Shown: positions 1-13,021, numbered from the whole stretch's first letter. The stretch is DNA of 63,309 nucleotides, filler included, from Octopus bimaculoides (GCF_001194135.2; 6 parts of 6 records of this genome joined end to end with filler, not necessarily neighbours in it), one strand, 5' to 3'. The notes: generated by a model from the letters alone, not told the origin. Numbers and translations: made by a program.

Positions 1-319
1 TAAAACGGTAGGCTGTGATCTGAAGGATATTTTGGTGTTCTTTCTAAGAAAACGGCGAGAATCGAAAAGGATAAAACTTTACAGTGAGTGAGAAAGAAAA
101 AAAGAAAAAGTTATATTAAGAGTTTAATAACACTTCAAAGAATTAAACTCCTGAATTCTGCGGATGTTTTTGTTTTTTCTCTCGGTGCATAAGCACTTAC
201 TCAACATCCCTATATGCATGCATGCATCCACACTAACCCGTTGCGTTGTGGTCGAACGAATAAGAGGAGTGCTCAATATATTTTGTTGAGGATATGGTGT
301 GTGTGTGTGTGTGTGTGTA

Positions 320-483
320 GCGCAGGCGTGGGTGTGTGGTAAGAAGCTTACTTCCCAACCCCATGGGTCCGGATTCAGTTCCACTGCGTGGAACTTTCGA
401 CAAGTGTCTTCTATAGCCTCGGGTCGAGCAAAGCCTCGTCAGTGGATTTGGTAAACGGAAATTGAAAGAATCCCATCGTATAT
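320..483 (+). mobile_element. tRNA-derived SINE family A. Other copies about 3908-4065(+), 6525-6648(-), 9560-9710(+), 13785-13935(-), 16800-16895(+), 17972-18125(+), 19095-19240(-), 31222-31372(+), 36040-36180(+), 42865-43018(+), 57020-57180(-), 60945-61100(-)
   Basis: A-box-like TGTGTGGTAAG and B-box-like GGTTCAGTCC, then a CORE-like ACCTTGGGCAAGTGTCTT body. At least 13 mutually similar copies, each ending at a microsatellite. Confidence 0.85.
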
Positions 484-502
484 CTGTTTGTATGTATGTA
501 TG

Positions 503-545
<43 letters not shown>

Positions 546-546
<1 letters not shown>

Positions 547-1297
547 AATGGGACAAGAATGCGAGACATCCAGTTAGGTGATACAAAAAAGGGACAACAA
601 AACATCCAGACAGATGATACAAAGAAAACAAGGACGGGTCATTCGGAGTTTTCTTTCTTCAGTCGAGTTCCAGATTATCTTTGCAATTTCGGCTGGTTAT
701 ATTCGAGATTGCTCCAATCTGGCCAGCCCCTAAAAGCATTGTATTTTTTACATATAAAAATATAGCGGTGTATGTACACTTTGGTCTCATATATGTGTGT
801 GTGTGCGTATACTATGAGGCTACTTAAACCTCTTATAGAGATAGTTTTATCCAAGATACTCTGATTTAATGTATTGTATTTTGAAGAGATATTTCTTCAA
901 TAATTATATTATAAAACATCGAATATTATTAATAATAAGTTTGAAAATAGAGACGTTCAATGGATATAGATTAATTTATTAATTAATTAACATTGCCTAC
1001 AATTGTTACACTTCACGCCTAATTTAAATTACAAAACATATAATTATATAAGTTTGCATTTTGAGTAGTCTAGGTGTAAAATCTTTAGGACAAAATGGAC
1101 ATTATAGAATTTACATTTTGATCAGTTGAAATACTCCAACAGACTTTAGTTTGCGAAGTGAAACTATTGTAGGCAATGTTAAATGATTAATAAATTAATT
1201 TATATGTTGTTTTTTTTTTGTATCGTCTATCTAGATGTTTTGTTGTCCCTTTTTTGTATCACCTAACTGCCTGGATGTTTTGCGTTCTTGTCCCATT
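546..1297. repeat. Nested inverted repeats (546-628/1211-1297 and about 968-1018/1153-1202)
   Basis: AAATGGGACAAGAA..GATACAAAAAAGGGACAACAAAACATC and TTAATTTATTAAT..AACATTGCCTACAA each recur as a reverse complement. Confidence 0.8.
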
Positions 1298-2387
1298 TTG
1301 TATTTTTTATGCATATGTATGTACATACGAACGTCAAGTCATTCATTCTTAATATGTCAAATATGATATCGATTTGATCATAAAGAAACGTGTTCTATAT
1401 TTTTTTAAATATTTTTATTTACAAGAAGATACCTCTCGATTCCTAATTAAAGCCAAACTTTATTTCGTTTCAGTTAATCACTTGGGGGAATATATGAATA
1501 TATTGTTCATGAATTCCTACTTCTCATGTTCTTCTTATATGATCCAAGTAAAAACTCAGAATTATTTCAAAATCAAATGCTAGATTTTTGTTTTTAATTA
1601 TATTATATTGTGTTGGAAATTCTTAATTTGCGATCATTTTTAAGGTCACAACAGCAATAACTAAAACATGACATTTTGTTTTTAAAAGTGACTGATGTGT
1701 CTTTTGTTACTCTGAATCACTTATTTACTGCGAGGACGTTGAAGATAATAATAGTAATGATAATGATGATGATGATGATGGTGGTGGTGAAGATGATGAT
1801 GATGACAGCTATTGTAACGTTCATCTTCTTTTGGGCCATGAAATAAGATTCAAACGTTGACATTACTTAACTATTATTAAACAGAAGACTGAAATAAATT
1901 TTAGTGCGTGCTTTCACACACATAAGTACATACACAGACAGACATACTTATAAATACTTTTATACATATACACATAAATACGCACATATATACTCGTAAT
2001 TATATACACGTATACACATACATGCATACACATATGCCGACACGTACACATATATACTGAAATACATACACGCATGCACATACATGCATACACACACGCG
2101 CGCGCACACATATCCAGTAACAAACGAAAACAGACTGTCACCAAACGAGTATTATTCAATATCTGTTACGCTGATTGATTTCCAATTATTCCATAAAGTA
2201 TCATTTCATTACTGTATCATTTGAATGAAAATTATCGTTTTATTATTATCATTATTGCTTTTCGTTTTACATTAACTCAAGGCCACATATTTGTAAAGAA
2301 AGGGCTTAAGTTATTTGAATCGATTTGCTAAAAAGAAATAGCAACTGAACCAACCAATCGCTCTAAAATCATACGTTACTGTCTTGT

Positions 2388-2770
2388 GGAGGCGCAATGG
2401 TCCAGTGGTTAGGGCAGCAGCGGACTCGCGGTCATAGGATCGCGGTTTCGATTCCCAGACCGGGCGTTGTGAGTGTTTATTGAGCGAAAACACCTAAAGC
2501 TCCACGAGGCTCCGGCAGGGGATGGTGGAGAACCCTGCTGTACTCTTTCACCACAACTTTCTCTCACTCTTTCTTCCTGTTTCTGTTGTGCCTGTAATTC
2601 AAAGGGCCAGCCTTGTCACACTGTGTCATGCTGAATATCCCCGAGAACTACATTAAGGGTACATGTGTCTGTGGAGTGCTCAGCCACTTGCACGTTAATT
2701 TCACGAGCAGACTGTTCCGTTGATCGGATCAACTGGAACCCTCGACGTCGTAAGCGACGGAGTGCCAACA
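2388..2770 (+). mobile_element. tRNA-derived SINE with a 3' module shared with 62055-62375
   Basis: A box TGGTCCAGTGG and B box GTTTCGATTCC. The 3' about 190 bp (GTGCCTGTAATTCAAAGGG..GGAACCCTCG) is nearly identical to 62190-62350. Confidence 0.85.
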
Positions 2771-3227
2771 TGTACCTATGTATGTATGTTTGTATGTATG
2801 GATGGATGGATGTACATAGGTATGTAGTGGTACGTAGTGTATATACATACATAAATGTGTATGCATGCATGTTTGTACACACACACACACATAGATAAAC
2901 ATTGTGTGAGAAGAAAAAAATATAAGATCGTCTGTTTTTCATTATAAATCTGTTTGATCAGGACTAACCTGAGGCTGGGCTTGAACAACAAAAAATAGCT
3001 AGTATTTCTTTTATTGAATCAGGAGGCAAGAATGGCAAAACATAATTAACGCCAGTGGGAACAGAATTCAAAACTTAAAGAGACGAAATTAAATACTGTG
3101 AGACGTTTCGTTGCTTGACGAAACATTTGCCTTCAGAGGGTGTAATAGTTAAGGTTTAGTAGTTCAGCAAAGTAGGATGTGTGTGTGTGTAACAATATCT
3201 GTCTAACCATTCGTCTGTCTCCGTCTG

Positions 3228-3258
<31 letters not shown>

Positions 3259-3526
3259 ATGATCGTACATCATCATCATCATCTTCATTGAACATCCGTT
3301 TTCCATGCTGGCGTGGATTGGATTGGACTGTTTGACAGCAGCTGACAGGTCAGAAGACTGCACCAAACTCCACCCTGCTTTGGGCATGACTACTATGGCT
3401 GGATGCCCTTTGTACATTGTTTGTGTGTATGCGTGCGTGTGTGTGCATATGCGCGTTTGAAAGGACGAATAGGAATGGCTTTTCTGATAACTTTTCTATT
3501 TTAATTAGATGTTTATAAGTTATATA

Positions 3527-3570
<44 letters not shown>

Positions 3571-5701
3571 AGTACGTGTATATACGTACACACACACACA
3601 CCAGTATTTTCTGAACAACCCTGTGTCCACTCCTTATTCAGCAATGATTTGCCAATGAGGGAATTTCTATGCAATTGCTTTACCTGCTGAAAATTGCTTG
3701 TGAGATGGTTATCTGATTATGTTGTATATTTTGGACACATTGGTTTAAGTGGTTTGTAATACCTTTAACTAAAGAAAGGTTGGCCACAGCCAGAACTCCT
3801 TTGATTATGTATCTGTCCCAAATATTCTAGCTGTCTTATGTTCGAACCTGCCAGAACTGCCCTCTCACACCTACTGTATATTTTCATTCTAAGAATAAAC
3901 AATCAGTTGGCATGGCTGTGTGGTAAGAAGCTTGCTTTCCAACTGCATGATTCTGGATTCAGTCCCACTGCATGGCACCTTGGGCAAATGTCTTTTATTA
4001 TCACCTCGGGCCGACCAAAGCCTTGTGAGTGGATTTGGTAGATGGAAACTGAAAGAAACCTGCTCAGTGTGTGTGTGTGTGTGTGTTTGTCCCCCACCAC
4101 TGCTTGACAACCAGTGCTTGTGTGTTTATGTCCCCATAATTTTGTTGTTCGGCAGAAGGCGTCAATTAGAATAAGCACCAGATTTTAAAAGAAAATAAAT
4201 CCTGGGGGTTGAGTCATTCAATTAAAATTTCTTCAAGCCGGTACCCCAGCATGGTCGCAGTCTCATGACTGAAACAATTAAAAGAATTTCATCATAGAAA
4301 TCTCAAAACTACAAGATAACGCATGGTTAATTCTATAGAATAAATAAATAAGGAATAAGCAACGCCGTGTAATCTGAATACTGGAGGGTTAAGCAACATT
4401 TATCAAAGAAAACAAATGAATCCATTTTAGAACCCTAGGTACAACACTGTGTTATTAGTAAGGTTTGACCTTACAACAATATCACTTGTCTCTCTCTTTC
4501 TCTCTCATTCATAATTTTTTGCTTATCTCAGCGGAAATGAAGGTTGTATAAAAAGAAAAGCAAACAAAAAATATCCTGTTTTAGCCTCTCAAATTACAGA
4601 AATATAACTGAAGCTCTGGAGAACTAAAACATGAAGAAAGCTGTACATAAAAGAGAACGAAAAAAAAACGATTTAGAGAGAATTTACAGACATAAATGCC
4701 ATGAATGTTGTACTGACTAGTCTATAACATGTTGTTGTTGTTGTTGATGATGATGATCCTTTCTACTATAGGCACAAGGCCTGAAATTTGATGGGAGGAG
4801 ACTGGTCGATTAGATCAACTCCAGTGTTTCCACTGGTACCCAATTTATCAACCCCAAAAGGATGAAGGGAAAAGTTGACACCGGTGGAATTTGAACTCAG
4901 AATATGAAGACAAATGAAATACCGCTTAGCATTTTGCCCAGCATGCTAACGACTCGGCCAGCTTGCTGCCTTAATAAGAAGAGATGGAGTTTGACTGCGG
5001 AGAAGAGATGAAAAGGTTTGGAATTGGCTGGTGAAAGTGACCCTTTTTCTGTTAGACTCTTATAGATAAAGTAATACCTCTTAACCAATGTTATTATTGG
5101 AAAACTCTGAATATATTAGCGGTGGTGGTGGCGATGGCAATGACAAGAACAGTTTCAACATACTTTCTTTTACATCCTGTTATTTTTTCATATTTGCACA
5201 GATGAATTTTTGCCCAGAAAACCATGCCATTTATCTAGTTTTTTGTAGCAATTATTATCAATGGTATTTTCTGTGCTAAAACAATACCTGACCCCACCCA
5301 CCCCCACTCCTCAACACACACACACACACACACATCTTAAAGATCACTGACAAATGTTAGAATTTAAAGCTTTATCAAACACCTGACTGGTACCAAGCCT
5401 TTCCTTGATCACAGTACCACCATTAGCTTGTCACTGATTTTTATCTTCACTGATTTGACACAAATTGGGGCTTCTAGTACCTATCACTGCTCTCTTTATG
5501 TTTCTGTCTGTCTGCATGTATGTATGCCCTTCCCCCCTCCCTCCTTGATCTCTTGTTTGCTATCTTTTCCATTACTGCACTGCTCTCTGTTTCTCTCTAA
5601 GAGTCTCTCTTCCCCCCTCTCTCTCTCCCAGTGCCTACAGATGTGTATATATAACTTAGATGTATACACTGTTACACTTACACACTTGATATTTAGTATT
5701 G

Positions 5702-5748
<47 letters not shown>

Positions 5749-6728
5749 ATGTGTGTACACACACTTGTACTTGTATGTATAAGTGTGTCTCCATGTGAAT
5801 AATATATACATCTATGTATGCATGTCTGAGTATATGTGTGTGTTTTCCATTATATGTTTATTCTGTCTTGTACTAGTTATAGTCATTAGACTGTAGTCAT
5901 GCTGGAGCAATGCCTTAAAGGGTCTTTAGTTAATTAAAAATATACTTCATTACTTAATTTATTGATTCCTATTTATTGAATTGCTAAGTTACTTTTTTTG
6001 ACCAATAGTGTTGTGTCAAACAAGAATACCAACAAACATTCACATATATATTATATATACGCACACACACACATGCATCTGTACAAACAGCTGCATGACT
6101 GCTCCTATAGCCATGTCTGCACCAATAGTCATGTCTGTGCCTATAAAATCAGTTGACTTTAATGGAATTTAAACCCAGAATGTAAAGAGCAGGATGAAAT
6201 ATCATGAAACATTTTATTCTTTGAAGATGTATATAATCACACATGTACTTTGAAGCTAATGTCTAATTAGTTATAATTACATTTGTAATAAAAAGAGAAA
6301 TCATTTGCGTTAATTGTTTGTAAAATCATACCTACATCCTCTCCACAGGGTCTTGCTCGGTTTTTAAGAAATTTGCATTTGAATACACAAAAGGCATCCC
6401 TGGAATCAATTTTCTGTGCATCATATGTGTACATAGACATACATGCACATTCCACTTGAATATAATTGTGTGTGTGTGTGTGTGCGTGTGCGTGTGTGTG
6501 TGAGCACATTTTCTGTTTAGCAAATTCCACACAAGGTATTGGTTTGCCAGATGTTATACTTGAAAATACTTCTGCAAGTCACTGCACAGTGGATGAAACC
6601 CAAATCCATGTGGTTTTCAAAGTGAACTTCTAATCACACAGTCATATCTGTATCTGTATGTATGTACACATATATATGTATGTATACATATATTCTATTT
6701 TTAATTCTATATATATATTCTATTTTTA

Positions 6729-6768
<40 letters not shown>

Positions 6769-6865
6769 ATAGAAAAGGTAAGACAACAAAAGAAAGAAAG
6801 AGACCTCGATATTATGTAAATAGAGGAATTTATCTGTAAATAATATGTGACAATTATTCGGTACC

Positions 6866-6932
6866 CATGATAAAACTCCGAGTTTCGGATGCTGGGGCGG
6901 AAACCCATGCTGCCATCTCTTCAGTTATCTGG
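6866..6932 (-). ncRNA. Type I hammerhead ribozyme motif (family 1)
   Basis: Minus strand reads GAUAA-CUGAAGA-GAUG..CAUC-C-GAA-ACUCGGAGU-U-UUAUC. Helix I GAUAA/UUAUC, intact cores, GUU site. One extra C at the base of helix II. Confidence 0.72.
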
Positions 6933-6959
6933 CCATCGATAACGTAGTCTAGGATGCAG

Positions 6960-7260
6960 TTTGCTTTTTGTTGGGATATGTTCCTTTTGAAAGAGATAGA
7001 GCGATTAAAGATGGTGGTAAGGATAGGTACTAGCACTGGTGTGTATTGTTTGATGGTTATGGAAGAGATGTTGTTAGGGCAGGTTGCCTTTTTGGGGGGC
7101 TTGAAGCAGTTGCAAGTGTTTTCAGAGCTGAGGTATTTGTATCTGTGTACACAGTGGTGAGCCTTGGCAGAGTGGAAAGGGAGAAGTTTTTTGGAAGAAG
7201 AATTAGTGAGTGGTGAGCAAATGTGGAGGATTTCTTTACAGGATGACTGCTTCAAGAACC
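6960..7260 (-). mobile_element. CR1/L2-type LINE RT N-terminal fragment
   Basis: KPPKKATCPNNISSITIKQYTPVLVPILTTIFNRSI resembles the KAxGPDxIxxxxLKxxxxxLxxxLxxLFNxSL motif. Confidence 0.6.
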
Positions 7261-7457
7261 ATTATGTTTGAGAAGTGGAGGAAAAGAGGATCTTGCTAGG
7301 GTAATAGTGATCCTCCTGGTAAAAGACTAAAAATGATAAGCTTCAGCAGTTTCTGATGCAAGTGAGCTTTTAGGCTGCGTACGGTATGTATGTGTTTGAC
7401 CGTTGACTGAACACTATTCAATTTTTTTTCTCCGTGTTTTTCTCCTTGTCTCCGTAT

Positions 7458-7494
7458 TCTTTCTGTTGAAGAGCGTAGCTCGAAACGTCAAAGA
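7458..7494 (+). ncRNA. Minimal type I hammerhead-like motif (family 2), variant core
   Basis: UCUUU-CUGUUGA-A-GAGC(GUA)GCUC-GAA-ACGU-C-AAAGA. Helix I 5 bp, helix II 4 bp, palindromic ACGU helix III, GUC site. A6 is replaced by U. Confidence 0.55.
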
Positions 7495-7584
7495 CTTTCC
7501 GTATTCCCGAGCGTCATACTAATATATACTTTTGTTATTTACACCACCTGTCCTCGTCTGTTGTTATTTTTTGTATATTCTCCC

Positions 7585-7617
<33 letters not shown>

Positions 7618-10600
7618 TATATATACATGTATGTATGTATGTATGTATACAAGTGTGTGCATGTACACACGTTTATAAATATATACACGCTTGCTTGCAA
7701 ATACACGCTTGCATATAAATAATCATTATCTCCTTCTTATCATTTGTAGTAACTTAGGAAGATTTAGCTATGTTATCATCACAGTGTATTATTTCTATTC
7801 AGACATTGAAATGTGTTGCAGAGAAAATTTGTTGTCCAAATTATATTTTCTCTAATGCTAATCATACCAAAACAGCATTTAATCCACTCAATCTTCCCAC
7901 CTCTCTTTTTACTCTATGTCTGACGTCATGGCTTATGCTTAAGTAAATCTTCTTATGCTCTCTTTTTCTCTCTTCTCATAATTCTAATCTCGAATGCCGA
8001 TACACTGTACAGCAGAAACTTCCAACCCATGCCAGTATAGAAAAACAGGAATTCATGTAGAGACAATGGTGGTGTTGGTGATGCTGTGAAGGTGCATGGT
8101 TCAGTTGTTAGAGCATCGGGCTCACAGTCTCGAGGTAGTGAGTTTGATTCCCTGACTGGGCTGTATGTTGTGTTCTTGAGCAAGACACTTTTTATCATGT
8201 TATTCCAGTTCACTCAACTGTAGAAGTGAGTTGTGATGTCACTAGCGCCAAGCTTTATTGTAACCCTAAGCTGACCAATGCCTTGCGAGTGAATTTGGTA
8301 GATAGAAACTATGAGGAATACAACTATACATATTCATGCATATATATACATGTCTATGTGTTTGTGTGTGTGTGTATGTGCGTGCATTCATGTATGTTGT
8401 GTGTGTATGTTTGTGTTTGTCTCCCCACTGCTTGATAACTGGTGTTGGTTTGGTTATGTCTAAGTTAGTACTTTGGCAAAACGTAACCAATAAAATAAGC
8501 AATCACGTCATGTGATCACATGACCAACCAGACTATCAGATGTTGTTACACATCACTGGTCACAATGCGCTTTTACATTGTTTTAACCTTCAAATGACAC
8601 CAGCCCTCTGGCTAGGCAAGTAGGCCAACACTCCCCTTTGATTGAAGGGGGATTGGGGCAAGGTGAAATAAAGTGTTTTGCTCAAGAACACAATGTGCTG
8701 CTCTGTCAGAGAATCAAACCTGCAACCTTGTGATTGTGAGTGCAACAGCCTAACCACTAGAATAAGTACCAAACTTTAAAACAATTAGTAGGATTAATTT
8801 GTTTGACTAAACCCTTTAAGATGGTAGCCCAGCATGGCTGTAGTCCAGTGATTGATGCAAACAAAAGAGTAAAAAGGATCTCAATGACTAATTCTGGTCA
8901 AGAAAGACAAGGGAGATAAATTTAGATTCAAATTGATTAAAAATAAAATACAACAGTGAAGAGTGAATCTGATCTTTGGCAGTGCAGTGACAACTGTAGA
9001 TAAGCACTGGTTTTATTAGAGGAAAATATTCACACCAACAATTTACAAACTGCTCGAATTTACAAACTATTGGTGATGCACCTATGACACTCTTGTCAGC
9101 AGTAACATGCCACAAGATTATAGGCAACAAATGATGGTCTGAATAAAGAGAAAAAACTTCCTGTAATATCATGCCATAAAAAGCTTATCTATAAGCAATT
9201 AGCTAAAGCTAAAATACTTGTAAGTGACACTGTAATAAGTAGATTATTAAAGAAATTATAATTTTGACACATCAGGCTTAAATTGTTTGCTGTCACAGCA
9301 ACAGAAAGATACCAAAATACCATGGTTATGATGGTTGTAATAATGTAAATAAAAAACAAAAACAAAAAAAGTGCGTCTTCTTATCTTGACATCACATAAT
9401 GGCTGTAAATGAGTATCACCACTATATAAGTGGTGGTATTTGTAACTAGGCTTCCATGAAAACATGTTCAGCCAAGGGGAAATATTACTTTACTTGGAAA
9501 CAGGTGAGGGAATCCAACTGTAGAAAATCTGCCTCAACTAATTCCAAATATGAATAAAATGCATGGCTGTGTGGTTAAATAGTTCACTTCTCAACCGTAT
9601 GGTTTTGGGTTCAGTGACACTGTGTGGTACCCTGGGCAGGTGTCTTCTTTTGTAGCCCCAGGCCAACCAAAGCTTTGTAAGTAGACTTGGCAGATGGAAA
9701 CCCACACACACATATATGTGTGTGTGTGTCCCTGTCTTGATATCATGCAATGGCTGTAAACGAACATCATTGTTGTACAAGTGGAGTCATTTGTTTCTAG
9801 TCTTCTTAAAAACATGTCTGGCCAAGGGCTGGAAATATTACCCTACTTGGAAATAGGTTAGGATCAGCAACAGGACATAGGAAATTTACCTCAACAAATT
9901 CCATCTGACTTAGGCAAACCTGGAAAAGAAGATGATAATGATGATGATGGTGATGATGACAAAGGAAAATGTTTTGCTTCAGTTTTAGCCTTTTGTAAGA
10001 ATTGTTGCAGTTATATGCTAAGTCAACCTTGATATAGTTGACATATGATCAAGGTTTTCCAGCCATGACCATCCCATCTCATAAATACATGTGTAGTTGT
10101 GTTAGTCTACCACCATGCCTAACAACCGATGTTGGCCTGTTTATGTCCATGTAACTTAGCAGTTCAGCATATAAGACCATTAGAATAAGTACCAGGCTTT
10201 CAAAATAAGTCCTGGTGTTGATTGGTTTGACTAAAATTCTTCAAGGTGGTGCCCCAGCATGGCTTCTGCCCAATGACTGAAACAAGTAAAAGACTATATG
10301 TATGTGTATGTATATATATGTTTGTATGTATGTACATACATACATGCATGCATACATGGTCCAATATGTATTTGTTTGTAGGACAGAAGGGTACGATACA
10401 AAAGATCTTTTTGCTGCTTTTTCTAGCAGGTCTAACAATTGCATAGAGGGTTACTCATTGGCTCATGTTTCAGGAATGTTTTACACATGCCAAGAATTTC
10501 AGAGTTTGTTTATTTTTTTTTAAAAATCGTTTTCACATCTTTATTTTGCAAGATCACAAAATATTTGTCATATTTCTCTCCATCACTTTACCTTATGACA

Positions 10601-10859
10601 GGGAACCTATATACCGATATGCAAAACACCTCAATCTTCAGTCTTGACTTACTTGAAGATCCTGTGTACTCACAGGTGAAACACAGAACAGCAAGAGACT
10701 GACTCTACCAAAATTATGTGTATAAATACGTGTGTGTGTGTGTGTGTGTAGTTCTTAGTGAGGGATTATCAATTCTGGCAAGACTACTTTATAAGCTCTA
10801 TGCTAATTCATCAGGCTAACATTGTTTAAAAGAAAAATATGTAATGACCATTATTTATA

Positions 10860-11190
10860 CCCTCTCTCTCTCTCTCTCTCATTCTCTCTCACTCTTTCTC
10901 TCTCACTCTCTCTCTCTCTCTCCCTCACTATCTCCCTCTCTCTCTCTCTCCCTCTCTCTCTCCCTCTCTCACTCTCTCTCCCTTTCTCTCTCTCTCCCTC
11001 TCTCCCTCTCTCTCTCCCTCTCTCGCTCTCTCTCCCCCTCTCCCCCNNNNNNNNNNNNNNNNNNNNNNNNNNNNNNNNNNNNNNNNNNNNNNNNNNNNTC
11101 TCCCTCTCTCTCCCCCTCCCACTCACTCTCTCTCTCCCTCTCTCTCCCCCTCCCACTCACTCTCTCTCTCCCTCTCTCTCCCCCTCTCTC
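10860..11190. repeat. (CT)n-rich imperfect microsatellite spanning an N gap
   Basis: Directly visible. Confidence 0.95.
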
Positions 11191-13021
11191 TGTCACACAC
11201 ATTATTATCTACATATACTTAACATATATGCTTTGTGCATTTCCCAGTAGCTGCAATACATGAAACATATACATATATACATTGAGTATATGTGGTTAAT
11301 AATATTTATTATACTAGAGCTGCTTTTATTTCATATATATATATATTTGTATTGATACCATTTATCTTATATTTTAATACTATTTCCATCATTATTATCA
11401 TGGTCTTTGATTCTTTCTGTTTACCTGCCTGTCTAGCTGCTTGATTAACTGTCTCTAGCTACCTACCAGTCCATCTATTTGCTTGTCTGTTTCTATGTCT
11501 CTCTGTTAGCCTGTATCTACCTGTCGTCTGGCTAACCATCTGTCTATCTACATGTCTTTTTATTTGTCTGTCTGTCTGTCTATCTGTTTAATTCTCTGCC
11601 TGTCTGTCTATCAACGTGATTGTCTGTTTCCCTGTCTATTTGTCTACCTGCCTGTCTGCGTAACAACCTATCTACCTGTATGTCAGTTTGTCTGCCTACC
11701 ATTTTGCAGACCAACACTTTCAATTGCTGTGCCATCGTATTCTCCCCCTCACCTTCTTTTAACCCTGGTCTTTTATCTGATCATTGTGACCATCAACATG
11801 CAGCTGCTCATTACCAATGACATCATTAGCATTGATTAATTTCCGATACATATTAGAGTCTCTTTGCTAGGAGTATGAAATTATTTGCCCATGGGCAAAA
11901 TTCTACCTGCAGTCAGATTTGGAATCACATATTGACAAAGTTCAATAATCACTTATCCCATCACATGATCACGTGACTGACCAGACTGTCAGATGTTGTT
12001 ACACATCGCTGGTCACATGGCACTTTTTGCATTGTTTAGCCTTCGAATGACACCACCTCACTGGCTACATGAGCAGTCCAACATTCCCCCCTGATCGAAA
12101 GGGGGGACTGTAACAATGTGAAATAAATTATTATGTTCAAGAACACAATGCACTGTCCAGTCACGGAATCGAACCCACAATCTAGTGATCATGAGTGTAA
12201 CAGCCTAACCACTAGGCCATGTGCCTTCACTAATTACTTATATGCAGAGAAAAAGGACCATAAAAACAAAACAGTTAGTTTAAGCCTTAAGACCAAAACA
12301 GTAATTTAATATAACTTTGCTTTCAACACTATCTGATTAATTAATCCATTATTACTGTATTTTAATTAATGTTGCTTGATGTGATTCCTTGCATACCTGT
12401 GAATTTGTATAGTTAAAGAAGATTCATTATTCTTAGTACAGATGCACCTCTACAAGTTCTTATGTACTTACAATTTGCACTTGGTGCTAAAATGGCTCTC
12501 AACCTCTGCTCTCTGCAGTCACTCAAGTTGCTGAATATAGCAGCCAAGTTTCCCTGAGATCACATCCTGCAATCTGTTTTTGTTTTTTTTACTTTTTTTT
12601 TTTTTTTTAATAAAAAGAGGAAGGCCTCACTTATCAATGTAATTCTTAATACAGTGGCTTACCATATTCCTGATGAAATGCTTTGCCTTTGTTTCAAATA
12701 ATTTTGAAAATAACGAAGAATTTAGTAAAATAACTTTGTCATTATTAAAGTGGTGTTTGGAACTTAAATTAACAAGAAACTTTAATGGAAGGTTTTATTT
12801 TAGATCACTTTAAAACAGGGAGCTTGTATTGTAGGGTCCAGGGGCAATCACAAGTGAGTTGACATCAAAAGGGTTAAAATAAAATAATTAAAAAAATGTA
12901 TGATCATTCATGACTGGAATGCTTTTAATCATGTCTACTCAAAGAAGACTGACTTAGGGCTAAACAACCGTTAATATCGCATCTACCAGGTTTTTTTAGT
13001 TTTTCTATAGAAGGTAAGGTG

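Noticed and set aside
630-740. Hammerhead-like pieces (GGCTGG/CCAGCC stem, GAAA, CTGAAGA) on the minus strand
   Set aside because: The pieces are not in a compatible order, and the helix II partner after CTGAAGA is absent.
2388-2465. tRNA-like sequences with A and B boxes (here and at other SINE heads)
   Set aside because: They continue into SINE bodies, lack a clean cloverleaf and lack an oligo-T terminator. SINE heads, not tRNA genes.
9010-9138. Minus-strand open frame after a strong acceptor (DHHLLPIILWHVTADKSVIG..), weakly like the last C2 domain of C2CD3
   Set aside because: Only WH..VIG and QFV match, with different spacing and no convincing donor. Needs tBLASTn or RNA-seq before a call.
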